Position numbers and translations under genes: made by a program
NCBI GenBank assembly: GCA_965249485.1
Contig: OZ252239.1
Coordinates: forward strand, 1,312,001-1,376,000
From: a bacterium
GTDB lineage: Bacteria; SM23-31
Length of the DNA stretch: 64,000 nucleotides
Direction of reading: 5' to 3'
The notes under the pieces: model-generated
What the model was told of the DNA's origin: nothing
The model's input: only the letters and a program-made list of their open reading frames with translations
Databases searched by the model: none
Part shown: piece after piece, positions 50,646 through 60,136 of the stretch
Position numbering within the stretch: position 1 is the first letter of the stretch
Layout: each line of letters starts with the position of its first letter

Positions 50646-51200
50646 TTACCAGGATGTTTCATTTCTCTGGTTTATCCACCCATGATTGCTGGTATTTTTT
50701 GTAAAGACTATGTATAGCGTTTGCGCTTTGGGCTCAGTCGGGCATGAGACGTTGAAACCTTTCGGAGCATCTTCACGTTGTTCTTTATCCTCTAAAGGAG
50801 TAATTACATAGGGATCATCTGTAGCAGGGCAAGTTAGCAAGGAACTGAGTGATAGGTCCATCTGATGGTATTCGTAAGTTGGTGAATTGACTTTTACACG
50901 GTTTGCAAAGTCCTGACTGCTATTTAAATTAATCATAGAATCGACTTCGACACTATATCGTTCATTTTCCAGAGTAAATTGTATTAGCTGTTCCAAGCTG
51001 TCGGCATAGACATCGTTAATTCGGAAAAACTGATCCTGTGCTTCAACAATCATTGCCATACTGAATCGGCATGAATCCTGTTCATATGACTCTTCTTCCC
51101 AAATCTTTCCGGGTTTGTAGATAGAATAAGCGAGTACTATAATCAGTAATCCAATAATTATTTTCAGAAAAATAGTTCCTTTAGCCTTAGGATAAGCCAT
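50646..51200 (-). CDS. Pilin-like or membrane-anchored hypothetical protein
   Basis: KAKG followed by a hydrophobic helix, long amphipathic helix, CP...CP pair. Confidence 0.5.
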   Translation of the reverse strand: MAYPKAKGTIFLKIIIGLLIIVLAYSIYKPGKIWEEESYEQDSCRFSMAMIVEAQDQFFRINDVYADSLEQLIQFTLENERYSVEVDSMINLNSSQDFANRVKVNSPTYEYHQMDLSLSSLLTCPATDDPYVITPLEDKEQREDAPKGFNVSCPTEPKAQTLYIVFTKNTSNHGWINQRNETSW

Positions 51201-51507
51201 TACTCCTCCATTACATAATCAGCACGAAATAGTAAGCGTTTTGTCATACGTGGGCAAACCGAATATTACCGGTTGTAACAGTGTTTTCCAGAGAACTCTT
51301 AATAATGATATGTATCAGCACAATCTTCTGTTACTAATTTCTGTTTGAGTATATTTTCGTATAAAACCGTTATAATAGCAGTTAAAGCTGAGAGATAAAT
51401 CCCCTCACTTCAACCTAAAATACTGTGTATATCCGGTGTGATTACAATACTAGTTGTACTAGTCAGAAATTGACAACTTAGTTACTTAATACATAAAAGT
51501 CAAGCAG

Positions 51508-51535
51508 GAATTTGCACAGTGGAGAGTGCAAATTC
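51508..51535. terminator. Hairpin at the end of comEA
   Basis: GAATTTGCAC-agtggaga-GTGCAAATTC; no clear U-tract. Confidence 0.45.
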
Positions 51536-51972
51536 TATTTGTTCAATCCATCAATATATTGTTGTATTACCTCTAATTTTTTCCGGCCGATTCCAGAAAC
51601 GGAAAGGAGCGCCTCAAAATTGTTCAACGGGCCGTTCTGCGCGCGAAAATCAAGAATTCTTTGAGCAAGTGCATTGCCGATCCCCGGTAACTTAACAAGT
51701 TCTTCTTTTGTAATTGTGTTGACCGTTGGCATGATTTTTTCGGTTTCTGGCGTCTGTTCAAGATGTGTGGTACTTCGCAAGAAAAAAAGGCTGTCTTCGC
51801 GCGAATAGTCAAATATAACTGCAGAATGTTCTGGTGCGGAATGAGAAGAGTAGAAGTTCAAGACTGCGCCAGTAAGGATTGCCGCAAAGAGGATGAGTAT
51901 AACAATTCGCTCACGGGGGTTAAAACTGAAATTTTTAATTAGTGAAGTCTTTAATTTTCCTAAAGATTCCAT
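51535..51972 (-). CDS. comEA: ComEA-family helix-hairpin-helix DNA-binding protein
   Basis: TM anchor, VNTITKEELVKLPGIG..LAQRILDFR..NG, VSGIGRK; overlaps dnaJ stop. Confidence 0.85.
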   Translation of the reverse strand: MESLGKLKTSLIKNFSFNPRERIVILILFAAILTGAVLNFYSSHSAPEHSAVIFDYSREDSLFFLRSTTHLEQTPETEKIMPTVNTITKEELVKLPGIGNALAQRILDFRAQNGPLNNFEALLSVSGIGRKKLEVIQQYIDGLNK

Positions 51973-53074
51973 TTTTATCTCGAGGAAGTGAGTTTTCTGA
52001 TTGCGCAAGTTCAGCAAACAACTCTTTTTCCCGTTTCGAAAGAGTAGTAGGAGTATATACGAGAATAAGGACAAGCTGGTCTCCCACAGACCTGCTGTTC
52101 AAGTGGGGAAGCCCCTTGCTTCGCATGCGCAAAATCTTTCCCGACTGGATACCGGAGGGAATTGTGAGTTTTGCATGACCGTTTAAGGTCGGAACATCAA
52201 TTTTATCACCCATCACTGCTTGGGTAAAACTTACTTGCAGCTCCAGGAGGATATCATCGCCATGACGCTCAAAATAGTCGTGTTCCTTTTCTTCGATAAC
52301 AACGATCAGATCACCGGCAACTCCATTGTATTTTCCGGCATCACCCTGTCCGCGAAGTGTTATATAATTTCCGGAGCTGACACCTACCGGTATCGTGACT
52401 TGTATAGTTTCCTCTTTCCGCACAACACTTTGACCGTTACATGTCGGACATCTGTCTTTAATAATAGTACCTTCACCGTTACAGGCGCCGCACGCTGTGA
52501 TATTCACGAATTGTCCGAAAGCTGTACGCTGTACCTGCCGGATTTCACCATTGCCACCACATGTCTGGCAGCTTGTTTTGGAGCTTCTATCTTTTGCGCC
52601 GGAGCCGTTGCATATCTCACAGGAGACAAGTTTTTTGATCTTTACTTTTCTCGTTATACCGGTTTGGACTTCTTCAAGTGTAAGGCCCAGTTTAACCTGA
52701 AGATCTTGCCCTTGATACGTTTGTGACCGCCGGCCACCAGATTTCCTGCCACCGCCAAAAATATCACCAAACCCGCCAAAATCATTGAAAAAATCGCCGA
52801 AATTACGGAATATATCTTCAACGTTTGAATATCCCTGATACCCGGTACTCCGTACTCCCTCATGGCCAAACTGGTCATACCGCTGACGCTTTTCAGAATC
52901 GGAAAGAACATCATAAGCCTCAGCTGCTTCCTTGAACTTTTCTTCAGCTTCGGTGTTACCTGGATTCCGGTCGGGATGGAATTTCATAGTTAATTTTCGA
53001 TATGCTTTTTTTATATCGTCTGTACCGGTATCTCTTCCGATTCCAAGTACTTTATAGTAGTCTCTTTTAGTCAT
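51935..53074 (-). CDS. dnaJ: Chaperone DnaJ
   Basis: J domain with HPD, G/F region, four CxxCxGxx zinc motifs. Confidence 0.97.
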   Translation of the reverse strand: MTKRDYYKVLGIGRDTGTDDIKKAYRKLTMKFHPDRNPGNTEAEEKFKEAAEAYDVLSDSEKRQRYDQFGHEGVRSTGYQGYSNVEDIFRNFGDFFNDFGGFGDIFGGGRKSGGRRSQTYQGQDLQVKLGLTLEEVQTGITRKVKIKKLVSCEICNGSGAKDRSSKTSCQTCGGNGEIRQVQRTAFGQFVNITACGACNGEGTIIKDRCPTCNGQSVVRKEETIQVTIPVGVSSGNYITLRGQGDAGKYNGVAGDLIVVIEEKEHDYFERHGDDILLELQVSFTQAVMGDKIDVPTLNGHAKLTIPSGIQSGKILRMRSKGLPHLNSRSVGDQLVLILVYTPTTLSKREKELFAELAQSENSLPRDKNGIFRKIKDFTN

Positions 53075-53084
53075 AACGGTCTTA

Positions 53085-53663
53085 CTATTTACTGACACTC
53101 ACTTTTGCATGACGGATGATTTCTTCATTGAGAAAGTACCCTTTTTCGAACGTTTCAATTATGTGGCTCGAAGGCACATCTTTATTTTCGAGTTGAATCA
53201 TTGCATCATGGATTTCAGGATTAAACTCTTTTCCGTCTGAATCCATGATTTTAAGTCCGGAATCTTCCAAAATTTTGAAAAGCTTCGCAAAAATTAATTC
53301 AACTCCTTTGCGGAAATCTTCCTTACCATTGTCATCAATTTGCTGGTTCAATGCCCGTTCAAAATCGTCAATAACCGGAAGCAAATTGTTAATCATAGAT
53401 CCATTAGCCTGAGATATTAATTGGCCGTATTCCCGCTCAATTCGTTTTGTATAATTATCAAATTCTGCAAGTTTTCTGAGAAGTTGATCTTTGAGGTCAT
53501 TATTCTCTTTTTGTAACCGTTCTACTTCGGATTGCCGCTTCTTAAAGTCGGTATTCTCACTCTTTTTCTGTTTTTTAGAAACATTTCTCGTCTTTTTTGA
53601 ATCCTGCATCTCAGATGTTTCCGGAGCTGTATCTTCCGTATTTTTTATATTGTCCTTAATCAT
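53085..53663 (-). CDS. grpE: Nucleotide exchange factor GrpE
   Basis: LRKLAEFDNY, LLPVIDDFERA, FNPEIHDA, KGY...IRHAKV. Confidence 0.95.
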   Translation of the reverse strand: MIKDNIKNTEDTAPETSEMQDSKKTRNVSKKQKKSENTDFKKRQSEVERLQKENNDLKDQLLRKLAEFDNYTKRIEREYGQLISQANGSMINNLLPVIDDFERALNQQIDDNGKEDFRKGVELIFAKLFKILEDSGLKIMDSDGKEFNPEIHDAMIQLENKDVPSSHIIETFEKGYFLNEEIIRHAKVSVSK

Positions 53664-53720
53664 AAGTATTACTTTGTCTTTCCATTAATTCACAATGCTT
53701 ACAAAATACGATCAATACTA

Positions 53721-54743
53721 TTAATTGAATGACTGATTAATAATTTCGGCAGTGTAATTGACGAGGGGTACAATTTTTGGATACCACATTCTTGAAGGAC
53801 CGATTATTCCGAGCGTGCCCGTATGGCCGCTGAAAGAAAATGGTGTGGAAACGATAGAAAATGTTTTACTCAGATCGGGATTGTCAATTTCACCTATAAT
53901 AATCGACACACCATGCATATCGGATGCTTGCTTGAAAAGATGCACAACTACATCTTTTTTCTCTATCAATTCGATAACGCTTAGCATTTTATCCTGCTGT
54001 TGAAATTCAGGTTGTTCAACTATGTTTTTTGTTCCACCGACAAAAATTTTATGTTGGTCAAATTGAAAAAATATATCCGCGGATTCTATAAACAATCTGA
54101 TAATTTCCGGATTTCCGAGATTTACATTGTGCAGTCTGCTTCCGATCGTCTCCCGTATCATTTTCACAGTGAGTCCGCTCAAGCGTTGATTCAGAACTTC
54201 ACAGGTCATTGTCAGTTCAGCGCCTTTAATGACTGAAGGTACCTCAACGACAACACTTTTAACAATACCGGTTTGGAGTGACAAAACAATTAATAACTTA
54301 TCATGTGCAACTTCTACAAGCGAGATCTTCTCAAAAATTGCATTTTCGAAATTTGGACCGATGACAACGCCAAGTTGATTTGAAACCATGCTTAAAATTT
54401 CTGATGCTTTAGTCAAAAGATATTCGCTGTTTTTATCAATAGTCTTTATATTTTCCCGGATTTTTTTCTTGAGATTGCTTGGGAGTTTTTCTACCTGCAT
54501 AATGTTGTTTACATACAATCGATATCCCATAGATGTAGGAATTCTGCCTGCGGATGTGTGGGGATGTGTTAGATATCCTGCATCTTCTAGATCGGCCATG
54601 ACGTTGCGAATTGTTGCAGGACTGAGCTTTAGCCCAAAATGTTTTGCGATTGTCCGCGAACTGACAGGCCGTGCAGTACGAATATAGCTTTGAATCACCG
54701 ATTGGAGTACAGCTTTATAACGTATTGAAAACGATTCTAACAT
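53721..54743 (-). CDS. hrcA: Heat-inducible transcription repressor HrcA
   Basis: SPATIRNVMADLE..GYL..PHTSAGRIPT..GYR; GIIGPSRM. Confidence 0.96.
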   Translation of the reverse strand: MLESFSIRYKAVLQSVIQSYIRTARPVSSRTIAKHFGLKLSPATIRNVMADLEDAGYLTHPHTSAGRIPTSMGYRLYVNNIMQVEKLPSNLKKKIRENIKTIDKNSEYLLTKASEILSMVSNQLGVVIGPNFENAIFEKISLVEVAHDKLLIVLSLQTGIVKSVVVEVPSVIKGAELTMTCEVLNQRLSGLTVKMIRETIGSRLHNVNLGNPEIIRLFIESADIFFQFDQHKIFVGGTKNIVEQPEFQQQDKMLSVIELIEKKDVVVHLFKQASDMHGVSIIIGEIDNPDLSKTFSIVSTPFSFSGHTGTLGIIGPSRMWYPKIVPLVNYTAEIINQSFN

Positions 54744-54840
54744 GATCGATATATGTTAAACGTTAATCCGGTTGTTGAATACTTTTGCAAAAAATGGATA
54801 CTTAAAATATAAAGAATAATTAAAAATGAATCAAGTGAAA

Positions 54841-55689
54841 TCAGGGCCTGCTAAGATACTTCCGAACGGCACTGTAACTTCCACTGATTCCCAAGAGACA
54901 GCCTCCGCCGATAACCAGTGCCACTATTCTTAGAGATAATTGAAAACTCAGATCAAGAAAGTAATTTACTAAATGGCTCAGTCCAACTGCAATTCCGATG
55001 CAAATCAATCCTCCCAGTAAACCTTGCAAAAATCCCTCGACTACAAACGGTCCTTTTATAAAACGATTCGTTGCTCCGACAAGTTTCATGACTTCAATCG
55101 AATTCTTTCTTGAGTAAATGGAGAGCTTGGTTGTGTTTGCGACTAATAGTATCGTAAAAAAAATCAGCACAATTCCCGTTATGCTGTGGAGAACCCAAAT
55201 CGATGTCTTGTAGCGGAATATATCAAATATAAAATCGTTGTATGCTATTACATCGTCCACTCCACTTAGATTTGACACAGATTCAATCAGTGAATCAATC
55301 GAATCACTGCTTAGCAGATCAGGTTCGAGACCTATCCGGAATGAAGAAGGGAGTGGATTTTCTCCCAGTAGGGAATAAATATTTTCACCAATCTCTTCAG
55401 CAAACAATACAGCAGCGGAGTCTTTGGATATAAAATGCACCGATCTTACACTGGGATTGGTGCGAAGTTCTTGCTGCAGCGATTCGATTTCACTAGTCTG
55501 TAACGATTCATTAAGAAATACTTCGATTTCGGCAACGGAATCAAAGAAATCTGACGACTCCATAAGTTTTAGCGTGGTAGCAAAAAACAGGCCACTAATC
55601 AGAAGCGAAAGAGCAATCATTCCGGTGACAATGAGCGAAGCCAATTTTGCTCTGAAGAGATTCCGTATACCTTCAAAAAATAAAAACAT
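54841..55689 (-). CDS. ftsX: Cell division permease FtsX
   Basis: ENPLPSSF, IEVMKLVGAT..FIKGPF..EG. Confidence 0.92.
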   Translation of the reverse strand: MFLFFEGIRNLFRAKLASLIVTGMIALSLLISGLFFATTLKLMESSDFFDSVAEIEVFLNESLQTSEIESLQQELRTNPSVRSVHFISKDSAAVLFAEEIGENIYSLLGENPLPSSFRIGLEPDLLSSDSIDSLIESVSNLSGVDDVIAYNDFIFDIFRYKTSIWVLHSITGIVLIFFTILLVANTTKLSIYSRKNSIEVMKLVGATNRFIKGPFVVEGFLQGLLGGLICIGIAVGLSHLVNYFLDLSFQLSLRIVALVIGGGCLLGISGSYSAVRKYLSRP

Positions 55690-55691
55690 AA

Positions 55692-56348
55692 TTACGTTTT
55701 CTTTACCATTGTACCCAGGTCAAGGGCGATCACTTTACCGGGGAACAACTCAATGAGTTTATAATTATGTGTTGCAACAACAATAGCTATCCCGCGGCGG
55801 TTCAATGTCTGCAAAAGCATGAATATTTCACGAGCTGTCTCAGGATCAAGGTTACCTGTCGGTTCATCTGCAAATATAACCAGAGGATCATTCGAAATAG
55901 CCCGTGCGATACTGACTCTTTGAAGTTCTCCTCCGGAGAGTTCCCCAATTTCGGAATTACGCTTAGTGAGCATGCCAACACTCGTAAGCGCTTTAATTGT
56001 CTTGCGTTTGGCATTGCGCGATGACGATCCGGTTGCTCTCAGTGCATAGGTGATATTTTCAAACACATTTCTGTCCGACAGGAGTTTGAAATCCTGAAAA
56101 ACTATCCCCATGCGCCTTCTAACTGATGCTATTTGGTTCGGTTTCAGAGACAGTGAATTAAAATGCTCAAAAGTAATGTGACCCTTCTTGAGAGGAACAT
56201 CAAAATACATTGAGCGGAGCAACGTCGTTTTTCCCGCGCCGGTTGGTCCTATGATATAGAGATAATCGCCCTTTGACACAGAAAGATTTATCTTTTTCAA
56301 TCCTGGGGATTGCCCAAAGTTGATAGAAACATTGTGAAGATTGAGCAT
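55692..56348 (-). CDS. ftsE: Cell division ATP-binding protein FtsE
   Basis: GPTGAGKTT, RRRMGIVFQDFKLL, LSGGE.QR, ADEPTGNLD. Confidence 0.92.
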   Translation of the reverse strand: MLNLHNVSINFGQSPGLKKINLSVSKGDYLYIIGPTGAGKTTLLRSMYFDVPLKKGHITFEHFNSLSLKPNQIASVRRRMGIVFQDFKLLSDRNVFENITYALRATGSSSRNAKRKTIKALTSVGMLTKRNSEIGELSGGELQRVSIARAISNDPLVIFADEPTGNLDPETAREIFMLLQTLNRRGIAIVVATHNYKLIELFPGKVIALDLGTMVKKT

Positions 56349-56357
56349 AGTAAAAAT

Positions 56358-57209
56358 CTACGGTTTTTTAATAAAAATATGTACTCGTTCACTTCGCTCT
56401 TCAGCAGGATCAAAGGTATAATCCTTAAACATTCGGACATGGCCAGGAAAGATTTTTTCCAGCATGTTCCGGATATCCTGTATTGGATAAATATACTGCT
56501 CGTGACATTCGTTCCAGATCGATCCGTTAATAGTTGAAGTTATGGTGAACTCTGTTAATTGTTTTTGCTTTCCCTGAATGTAACGGCTGTTCCGGATATA
56601 GGAATAAGATTTGTAGGAATCCGATGCCGAATTGTTGTTAAAGTTACGGATCGAATTGTATTCGGTGCACATATCAAAAATAAACACGCCGCCCGAACAC
56701 AGCCTCGATACAATCGATTGAACAGTTTTTTGAATGTCTTGTAATGATGTAAGATAGTTTATGCTATCGTATATGCACAGAATTGTATCAAATCCCGAAT
56801 GAACCGGAGGGTGAGTCAAGTCTGAACGGATGAATCGGCACCTGTTCTCCGGCATTTGTTTTCGGAGTAACTTTTTTTGTGCCTGTTTTAACATTTCCGG
56901 AGAACGGTCTGCTGCTGTGACCGACAAGCCCGATTGAACCAGTTCGAAGGTTATATTACCGGTTCCGCAGGCGAGCTCGAGGATTTTTTGGGGAATATGA
57001 TTGTGGATATGGCAAAGCAATAAAACATAATCTGCCCAAGCTTCATAATCAACATGGACCATGAGATGGTCGTAAAGTTCTGCAAGTATCGAATAAGGAT
57101 CAGTTTGTTGAGGAGCGCCGGTGTACGATTGCTGCTGCAAGTCTGATAGCCTCCATGTAACCGATATGATCAGCTTTTCCTTTCCCCGCAATATTAAGCG
57201 CGACACCAT
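56358..57209 (-). CDS. Class I SAM-dependent methyltransferase
   Basis: YDHLMVHVDY, ILELACGTG, DSINYL, GGVFIFD; true start probably further downstream. Confidence 0.88.
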   Translation of the reverse strand: MVSRLILRGKEKLIISVTWRLSDLQQQSYTGAPQQTDPYSILAELYDHLMVHVDYEAWADYVLLLCHIHNHIPQKILELACGTGNITFELVQSGLSVTAADRSPEMLKQAQKKLLRKQMPENRCRFIRSDLTHPPVHSGFDTILCIYDSINYLTSLQDIQKTVQSIVSRLCSGGVFIFDMCTEYNSIRNFNNNSASDSYKSYSYIRNSRYIQGKQKQLTEFTITSTINGSIWNECHEQYIYPIQDIRNMLEKIFPGHVRMFKDYTFDPAEERSERVHIFIKKP

Positions 57210-58101
57210 GATCGGGAGAAGTCCGAACTATGGGAAGTCCTGCAGATACATTGACTCCCGAAAATCCGCAATACATTTTAAACGGAATGAGTCCCTGGTC
57301 ATGATAGAGTGCAAGAATTCCATCATAGTTATTCATATTTGACTCAACAAATAGCGTATCGGACGGATGTGGTCCCGACCACTCCGCCGGTATACTCCGT
57401 AGCTCTTTTAAAGCAGGTTCCAGTATAGTTTTTTCTTCATTACCAAAGTTGCCTCCTTCACTGGCATGGGGATTGAGGCTGCAAAGAGCAATACGAGGAT
57501 TGAGGATTCCAAAATCTGACACGAGAGAATTGTAAAATAACGCCCCTTTTTCAACAATGAGTTCGGTAGTCAATGATTCCGCGACTGATTTCAGCGGAAT
57601 ATGTGTTGTAACTAGTCCTACTCTCAGGTTATTATACGCCATAATCATGAGTACCTGAGCACTTCCCACTGTTTCGGCGATCCACTCAGTCTGTCCGTTG
57701 AAATTGGTGTCGGGAGAAAAGAATGTTTTTTTCATTATTGGTCCGGTTACTACTCCGTGACAGGAACCTTTTCTCCAGCATTCTATCGCCTCTTTCAGAC
57801 AATCGTAAGCATTCCCGCCAGATGTGATAGTAGACTGTCCCGGAGTAAAATCGTCAGTATTAATTTGGAAAATTGTTGAAGGAGTCCTGAGATTTTCCAG
57901 TGCAGCTTTGTATCCAGACTTGAACTTTTTTTGCTCTTCCGATGAAAAGCGGTCGAATGCAAAACTGAAAATATTTTCGAATCCGATTACCTGATATGTA
58001 AAAGATGATCGCAGTTCCGGATCAGAAAGTGATTTTATCAGAATTTCCGGTCCAACGCCGTTATAATCTCCTGCTGTCAAAGCAATGGTTATGTTTTTCA
58101 T
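57100..58101 (-). CDS. pdxA: 4-hydroxythreonine-4-phosphate dehydrogenase PdxA family
   Basis: GDYNGVGPE, TTHIPL, LNPHA, YHDQG, RTSPDHG. Confidence 0.93.
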   Translation of the reverse strand: MKNITIALTAGDYNGVGPEILIKSLSDPELRSSFTYQVIGFENIFSFAFDRFSSEEQKKFKSGYKAALENLRTPSTIFQINTDDFTPGQSTITSGGNAYDCLKEAIECWRKGSCHGVVTGPIMKKTFFSPDTNFNGQTEWIAETVGSAQVLMIMAYNNLRVGLVTTHIPLKSVAESLTTELIVEKGALFYNSLVSDFGILNPRIALCSLNPHASEGGNFGNEEKTILEPALKELRSIPAEWSGPHPSDTLFVESNMNNYDGILALYHDQGLIPFKMYCGFSGVNVSAGLPIVRTSPDHGVALNIAGKGKADHIGYMEAIRLAAAIVHRRSSTN

Positions 58102-58102
58102 A

Positions 58103-58855
58103 TTACATTCCTGTTGGCACATCGATAAATACTGTTTTCAATCCGAAACGCTTTTCAAGGAGACTGCCGAGACAGCGGACTCCGAGTGTTTCAGTAGCAT
58201 AATGGCCGGAGAAAATTAGATTAACCTGTAACTCTTTCGCAAGGTGATAACTTGTATGGTCTGCTTCTCCGGTAATGAATAGGTCGATATCCGTACCCGT
58301 CACCTGTTCAAGGACCGATGTTCCCCGACCGGTTATGACGCCAATGTTACGTATCTGGTCACTGCCGAAGCGATATACAAGCGGATCAATGAAAAGCTCA
58401 CTGTTCAGTTTATCTATAATAGATTGTAATCCAACAGGGTCTTTTCTCCTGCCGACATAGCCGATTGCTACGCCGTGATAAATGCCGAAGGGTTCCGAAA
58501 CATCGTACCCCAGCAGACGGATCAACTCAACATTATTTCCGACTTCAGGATGCAGATCGAGTGGAAGATGTACTGCGTACAACGATATTCTGTTATCAAA
58601 AAGCAATTTAATCCGTTCAGCATGAATTCCCCGGAGCGGGTAGACTTTTCCCCAGTATATGCCATGATGTGCAAGCAACAAATCCGCACGCAATGATGCT
58701 GCTTTCATAAATGTTTCTGCACAGGCATCTGTTGCAAGCGCAATCGTGTTCACTTCTTCATTTCCTTCAACCTGCAGCCCGTTTAGAGCAATGTCGTCGA
58801 TCTCATTTACTGATAAATAATCGTCGAGAAAATGTGTCAGTTCGTTCAGTTTCAT
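58103..58855 (-). CDS. Nif3/YbgI-family dinuclear metal protein
   Basis: NGLQVEG, AHHG, HLPLD.H..GNN, GHYATE. Confidence 0.93.
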   Translation of the reverse strand: MKLNELTHFLDDYLSVNEIDDIALNGLQVEGNEEVNTIALATDACAETFMKAASLRADLLLAHHGIYWGKVYPLRGIHAERIKLLFDNRISLYAVHLPLDLHPEVGNNVELIRLLGYDVSEPFGIYHGVAIGYVGRRKDPVGLQSIIDKLNSELFIDPLVYRFGSDQIRNIGVITGRGTSVLEQVTGTDIDLFITGEADHTSYHLAKELQVNLIFSGHYATETLGVRCLGSLLEKRFGLKTVFIDVPTGM

Positions 58856-58870
58856 CTCAAATCCGTTGTA

Positions 58871-60082
58871 TTAATTGTGTTGTTTGATTTGTGCATTATT
58901 CCACCACCATAACGATGTTTTTCGTGCTCCATATCCGAGTGTAATGTCGAGTTTTAAAATGAGTCTGCGAAGTGAGGATCCGGCCAGAAGAATAAATATT
59001 TTCTGCAGCCATCCGGGATACTTTTTATTATAGGGGCAGACACGAATACATATCGAACAGTCGCTATTTTGATTCGCCCAGTATCCAAAACATTTTTCCG
59101 CATCTGTTGTCCATTTTTTTACGCCGACAAAGTTCGATTTATTGATCGGTTCATCAGCCGGAGCTTCATTGGTGATCGCTTTCGGTGGACAGGCATCGGT
59201 ACAGCGCCGACAGACATCACAGAACTCTTTGACACCGAACCTGACAGGTTTATCATTAACCAGAGGCAGATCGGTGAAAACTTTTCCGAGACGCACACGT
59301 GGACCGAATTCTTTTGTTATAAGAAGACTGTGCCGACCGTATTCTCCGAGACCAGCCTGAATTGCATACGGAATTGTAAGAGCCGTATCGTTTAGACTTG
59401 CCAACGCACGGTAACCCAGATTTCGTATATATTGTGCCAGACCAAGCAGAATTACAGTATCCATCGCATAGCCTAAACCTGTTGCCGAACCGCTTAATGC
59501 AGATGGATTTGTTTTCATAAGTTCATGGTCCATCTCGGTAGCTATAACAATTACATGCGAAAGACCATCCGGTAAGTCGGTCTCCTTTTCCTGCTTGATA
59601 CGTTGGCTGTACTTATGTGAATATATCCAATTTTCATCATAAGCGGTAATGCCCACAAGATCGGCACCGAACATCTTACCAACCTGTTTAATCTCATTGC
59701 TCATTACAACAGGGTTATCAACAGGAATCTTCGAATCCGGTGTACTCTGATGCACCGAATACTCGTCGTGATATCCTTCCCGCCTGTCCTCATCCGATTT
59801 CAATTCTGCAAAAATGTCGGTAACATGCCAAGAGGCGTTACGCAATGCATAATCTTTCTGTCCAAATCCAACTGCCCGCTTAAAACCCTGTACTTGTTTC
59901 CGGTACGTTTCAAAAAAAACTTCAGTCTTTTTTGACCGGATCGTGTTATCCCAGAAAGCCCTGCAGAATATGTCGTTTTTTTGACTGAACCGCTGAAAAT
60001 TAGGCAATATGGAATAGCCGTTATTATGTTCGTTGTCCTGATTACCGGAATCAATAGTGAGATTCTGTTTTCTGTTATTCAT
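58871..60082 (-). CDS. Reductive dehalogenase (RdhA)-like cobalamin / 2x Fe-S protein
   Basis: FGADLVGI, AIQAGLGEYGR.SLLITKEFGPRVRL..VFTDLPL, FCDVCRRCTDACP and C..(CSICIRVCP) cluster motifs. Confidence 0.8.
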   Translation of the reverse strand: MNNRKQNLTIDSGNQDNEHNNGYSILPNFQRFSQKNDIFCRAFWDNTIRSKKTEVFFETYRKQVQGFKRAVGFGQKDYALRNASWHVTDIFAELKSDEDRREGYHDEYSVHQSTPDSKIPVDNPVVMSNEIKQVGKMFGADLVGITAYDENWIYSHKYSQRIKQEKETDLPDGLSHVIVIATEMDHELMKTNPSALSGSATGLGYAMDTVILLGLAQYIRNLGYRALASLNDTALTIPYAIQAGLGEYGRHSLLITKEFGPRVRLGKVFTDLPLVNDKPVRFGVKEFCDVCRRCTDACPPKAITNEAPADEPINKSNFVGVKKWTTDAEKCFGYWANQNSDCSICIRVCPYNKKYPGWLQKIFILLAGSSLRRLILKLDITLGYGARKTSLWWWNNAQIKQHN

Positions 60083-60136
60083 ACGTGCAACATTTAAACT
60101 TGATAAATAGGATCATACCATGGACTGCATTCAATT

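Noticed and set aside
51508..51535. CIRCE-like inverted repeat (TTTGCAC...GTGCAAA)
   Set aside because: Wrong spacing and located downstream of the chaperone genes; better read as an RNA hairpin
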